From assembly GCA_900019385.1 (NCBI GenBank), contig FIZJ01000011.1:4006-68005 (forward strand): a DNA stretch of 64,000 nt, in the 5' to 3' direction. Source of the DNA: an uncultured Clostridia bacterium. Lineage in GTDB: Bacteria > Bacillota > Limnochordia > Darwinibacteriales > DTU012. The notes under the pieces are model-generated. The model saw only the letters and a program-made list of their open reading frames with translations, was not told the DNA's origin and did no database searches. Positions 62,517-64,000 of the stretch are shown here, piece after piece; positions within the stretch are counted from its first letter, which is position 1; every line of letters starts with the position of its first letter. The position numbers and the translations under genes are program-made.

Positions 62517-63162
62517 GAACCCATGGCTGAAGTCACTGTGGGAACTTATGTACCCGGCTCCGGAGTTCTGCCCCTTCTGCCATACCGGGATTGTCCCTGA
62601 AGGGCTCCCGGCTTGCGGTGCGTGCACTGCCAGAATCAGTCCGTCCATGCACCGGCTGAGCCTGGCCCGCTATCAAGGTTTCGCCGTGGGCGTATACGAC
62701 GATTACCTGCAGTACCTGCTGCACCAAATCAAGTACCTGAACCAGTACCAGCCGGCAGTGGCCTTAGGCAAAATCATGGCCTTGGCCGCCAGAGAGCAGC
62801 CGGAACTTGGGTCCGTCGACTATTTCCTGCCAGTGCCTCTGCACCATCAACGTCTGCAGCAGCGCGGTTTCAACCAGGCCGACGCTTTAGCCGCAGGCAT
62901 GAACCAGGTATGGCCGCATCGAGTGTGCAGCGCGGTGAGGATCAAGCCGACAGAGTTTCAAAGCGGACTTTCACCAAGTGAACGAGTGAAAAACCTGCGG
63001 CGCGCCTTTATGCTCACCAACCCCGCCGCAGTCAGAGGTAAAAGAGTTTTGATCATTGACGATATCTTTACTACAGGAGCAACTTTTTACTCGCTGGCAG
63101 ATTTGGTTCACAGCCATCGAGGCGAGCCTTTGGGGTTATTCTTAACATATCGCCGGTCGTGA
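62509..63162 (+). CDS. comFC: ComFC-type phosphoribosyltransferase-fold competence protein
   Basis: N-terminal Cys pairs C..C...........C..C, KY......A..LG, LVPVPLH..R...RGFNQA and the PRT motif VLIIDDIFTTGAT. Confidence 0.8.
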   Translation: MFKNPWLKSLWELMYPAPEFCPFCHTGIVPEGLPACGACTARISPSMHRLSLARYQGFAVGVYDDYLQYLLHQIKYLNQYQPAVALGKIMALAAREQPELGSVDYFLPVPLHHQRLQQRGFNQADALAAGMNQVWPHRVCSAVRIKPTEFQSGLSPSERVKNLRRAFMLTNPAAVRGKRVLIIDDIFTTGATFYSLADLVHSHRGEPLGLFLTYRRS

Positions 63163-63176
63163 AAGGAGTGGTCGCC

Positions 63177-63593
63177 ATGCTGCGCAATTGTGTGGAATGT
63201 AATCAAGTCTTTGTCCATCCGGTGAACAAACTGTGCCCGGACTGCACCAAGAAACGGAATGAGCTGTTTGAGAAGGTCAAGGAGTACATCCGCACCCATC
63301 CCAACGCCAGAATTCACGAGGTTGTGGTGGATACAGGCGTCGAGTTTGACTTGGTGCGGGAATTCATCGACGAAGGGCGGCTGAAAATAGTCCCCGTCGA
63401 TGTGGAGTTCCGCTGCCAGATTTGCGGGACGAGACTCTCCGCAGGAAGGATCTGCAACCAGTGTAAAACCGATTTGACGCTGAAAGGTGACGGTGCGGCG
63501 AATCCGGAATCCCCCAACAGCGCAAAGGTCAACAATGCCGGGAAGGTCCACTTTCTGGGCCGGCGGTCGCGAGAAAGTCGCCAACGGGACTAA
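63177..63593 (+). CDS. yvyF: YvyF-like flagellar operon zinc-ribbon protein
   Basis: MLRNCVECNQVF......LCPDC ... CQICG......GRICNQC. It sits between comFC and flgM exactly as yvyF does in B. subtilis. SD AAAGGAG lies 9 nt upstream of ATG 63177. Confidence 0.6.
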   Translation: MLRNCVECNQVFVHPVNKLCPDCTKKRNELFEKVKEYIRTHPNARIHEVVVDTGVEFDLVREFIDEGRLKIVPVDVEFRCQICGTRLSAGRICNQCKTDLTLKGDGAANPESPNSAKVNNAGKVHFLGRRSRESRQRD

Positions 63594-63641
63594 AGATCTG
63601 CACTCCACTTTCCGATAGTGATGGTAAGGAGGGAACAGAGC

Positions 63642-63914
63642 GTGTATATCTCAGGCAAATCTGTACAGCGCATCAGCCAGATCTATAATGATCAGAAAAA
63701 GCATGTGGGAAAATCTGGTCAAGGCACAAGAGAAGACAAGGTCACTCTTTCTTCTGAAGGCCGGCAGCTGCAGGCCATCATTGCCAAAGCCTCCGCGCCA
63801 GTTCCCAGCAGCAAAGCCGAAGAGCTGAAAGCGGCTGTGTCGTCCGGCACCTACCACGTGAAGGGCGAAGACATTGCAGCCAGCATTCTCAAGTATTATC
63901 GGCAGAGGATTTGA
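63642..63914 (+). CDS. flgM: Anti-sigma-28 factor FlgM
   Basis: The C-terminal block KAEELKAAVSSGTYHVKGEDIAASILKY matches the FlgM pattern (k...lk..I..G.Y.vd...iA..ml). GTG 63642 has SD AAGGAGGG 8 nt upstream. Confidence 0.75.
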   Translation: MYISGKSVQRISQIYNDQKKHVGKSGQGTREDKVTLSSEGRQLQAIIAKASAPVPSSKAEELKAAVSSGTYHVKGEDIAASILKYYRQRI

Positions 63915-63915
63915 C

Positions 63916-64000
63916 ATGCTGGTTATAGATGCGTTTAGAGAAGTACTCAAGCAGGAGACTGCCATCATCGAACAGCTGATTCAGACTGGAGAGGCCAAGC
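63916..64000 (+). CDS. FlgN/YvyG-like flagellar chaperone, 3' end outside the window
   Basis: ATG 63916 lies just after the flgM stop. The translation is MLVIDAFREVLKQETAIIEQLIQTGEAK. The call rests mainly on position (yvyG follows flgM in B. subtilis). Confidence 0.4.
   Translation, partial: MLVIDAFREVLKQETAIIEQLIQTGEAK

Noticed and set aside
1-64000. Search by eye for mobile elements, defence systems (restriction-modification, CRISPR-Cas, toxin-antitoxin, retrons), tRNA/rRNA genes and prophage genes.
   Set aside because: I recognised no transposase, integrase, reverse transcriptase, Cas, methyltransferase or nuclease-helicase signatures, and no tRNA-like cloverleaf. Absence is by inspection only, so a tRNAscan, Infernal or defence-finder run could still find something.

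Overview
GC-rich, gene-dense 64-kb chromosomal window. I recognised no rRNA, tRNA, CRISPR array, transposase or phage genes. The content points to a flagellated Firmicute (Bacillota) with an LPS outer membrane, i.e. Negativicutes-, Halanaerobiales- or Limnochordia-like. All family assignments come from motifs read by eye and recalled consensus patterns, not from searches.

(1) 1-19.9 kb is an outer-membrane biogenesis supercluster: S55-like peptidase, bamA, two skp/ompH, two small beta-barrels, one lptF/G, lptD, lptC, lptA, an unexplained giant membrane protein plus ABC ATPase, fabZ, lpxB, lptB, DUF3084, and a double-length SLH-coiled-coil-porin (OmpM-like) tether.

(2) 20-22.7 kb holds an RNase H-fold nuclease, a second OmpM-like barrel and a glycine-zipper secreted protein.

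(3) 22.9-30.2 kb is a polysaccharide export module: a Wza-like protein with 12 SLBB repeats, a Wzz-like co-polymerase, a BY-kinase and a PHP phosphatase. It is translationally coupled to a ParB-fold protein and contains no glycosyltransferases.

(4) 30-44.8 kb is housekeeping: vanZ, iscS-thiI, pmbA-tldD, aroA-aroB, a GH2 plus YetA-like glycan pair, and metK.

(5) 44.8-47 kb holds a secreted beta-sandwich plus chaperone-like pair and a lipoprotein.

(6) 47-64 kb carries degS-degU and comFA-comFC-yvyF-flgM-flgN in the Bacillus subtilis arrangement. That block is split by an HD-domain gene and a complete Tad/Flp pilus locus. The locus is preceded by what looks like a c-di-GMP-I riboswitch and includes a secretin with seven BON-like repeats.

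The candidates I rate most novel are the ABC-like pair inside the lpt/lpx cluster, the ParB-fold partner of the BY-kinase module, the riboswitch-controlled Tad system with its extended secretin, and the usher-less pilin/chaperone-like pair.
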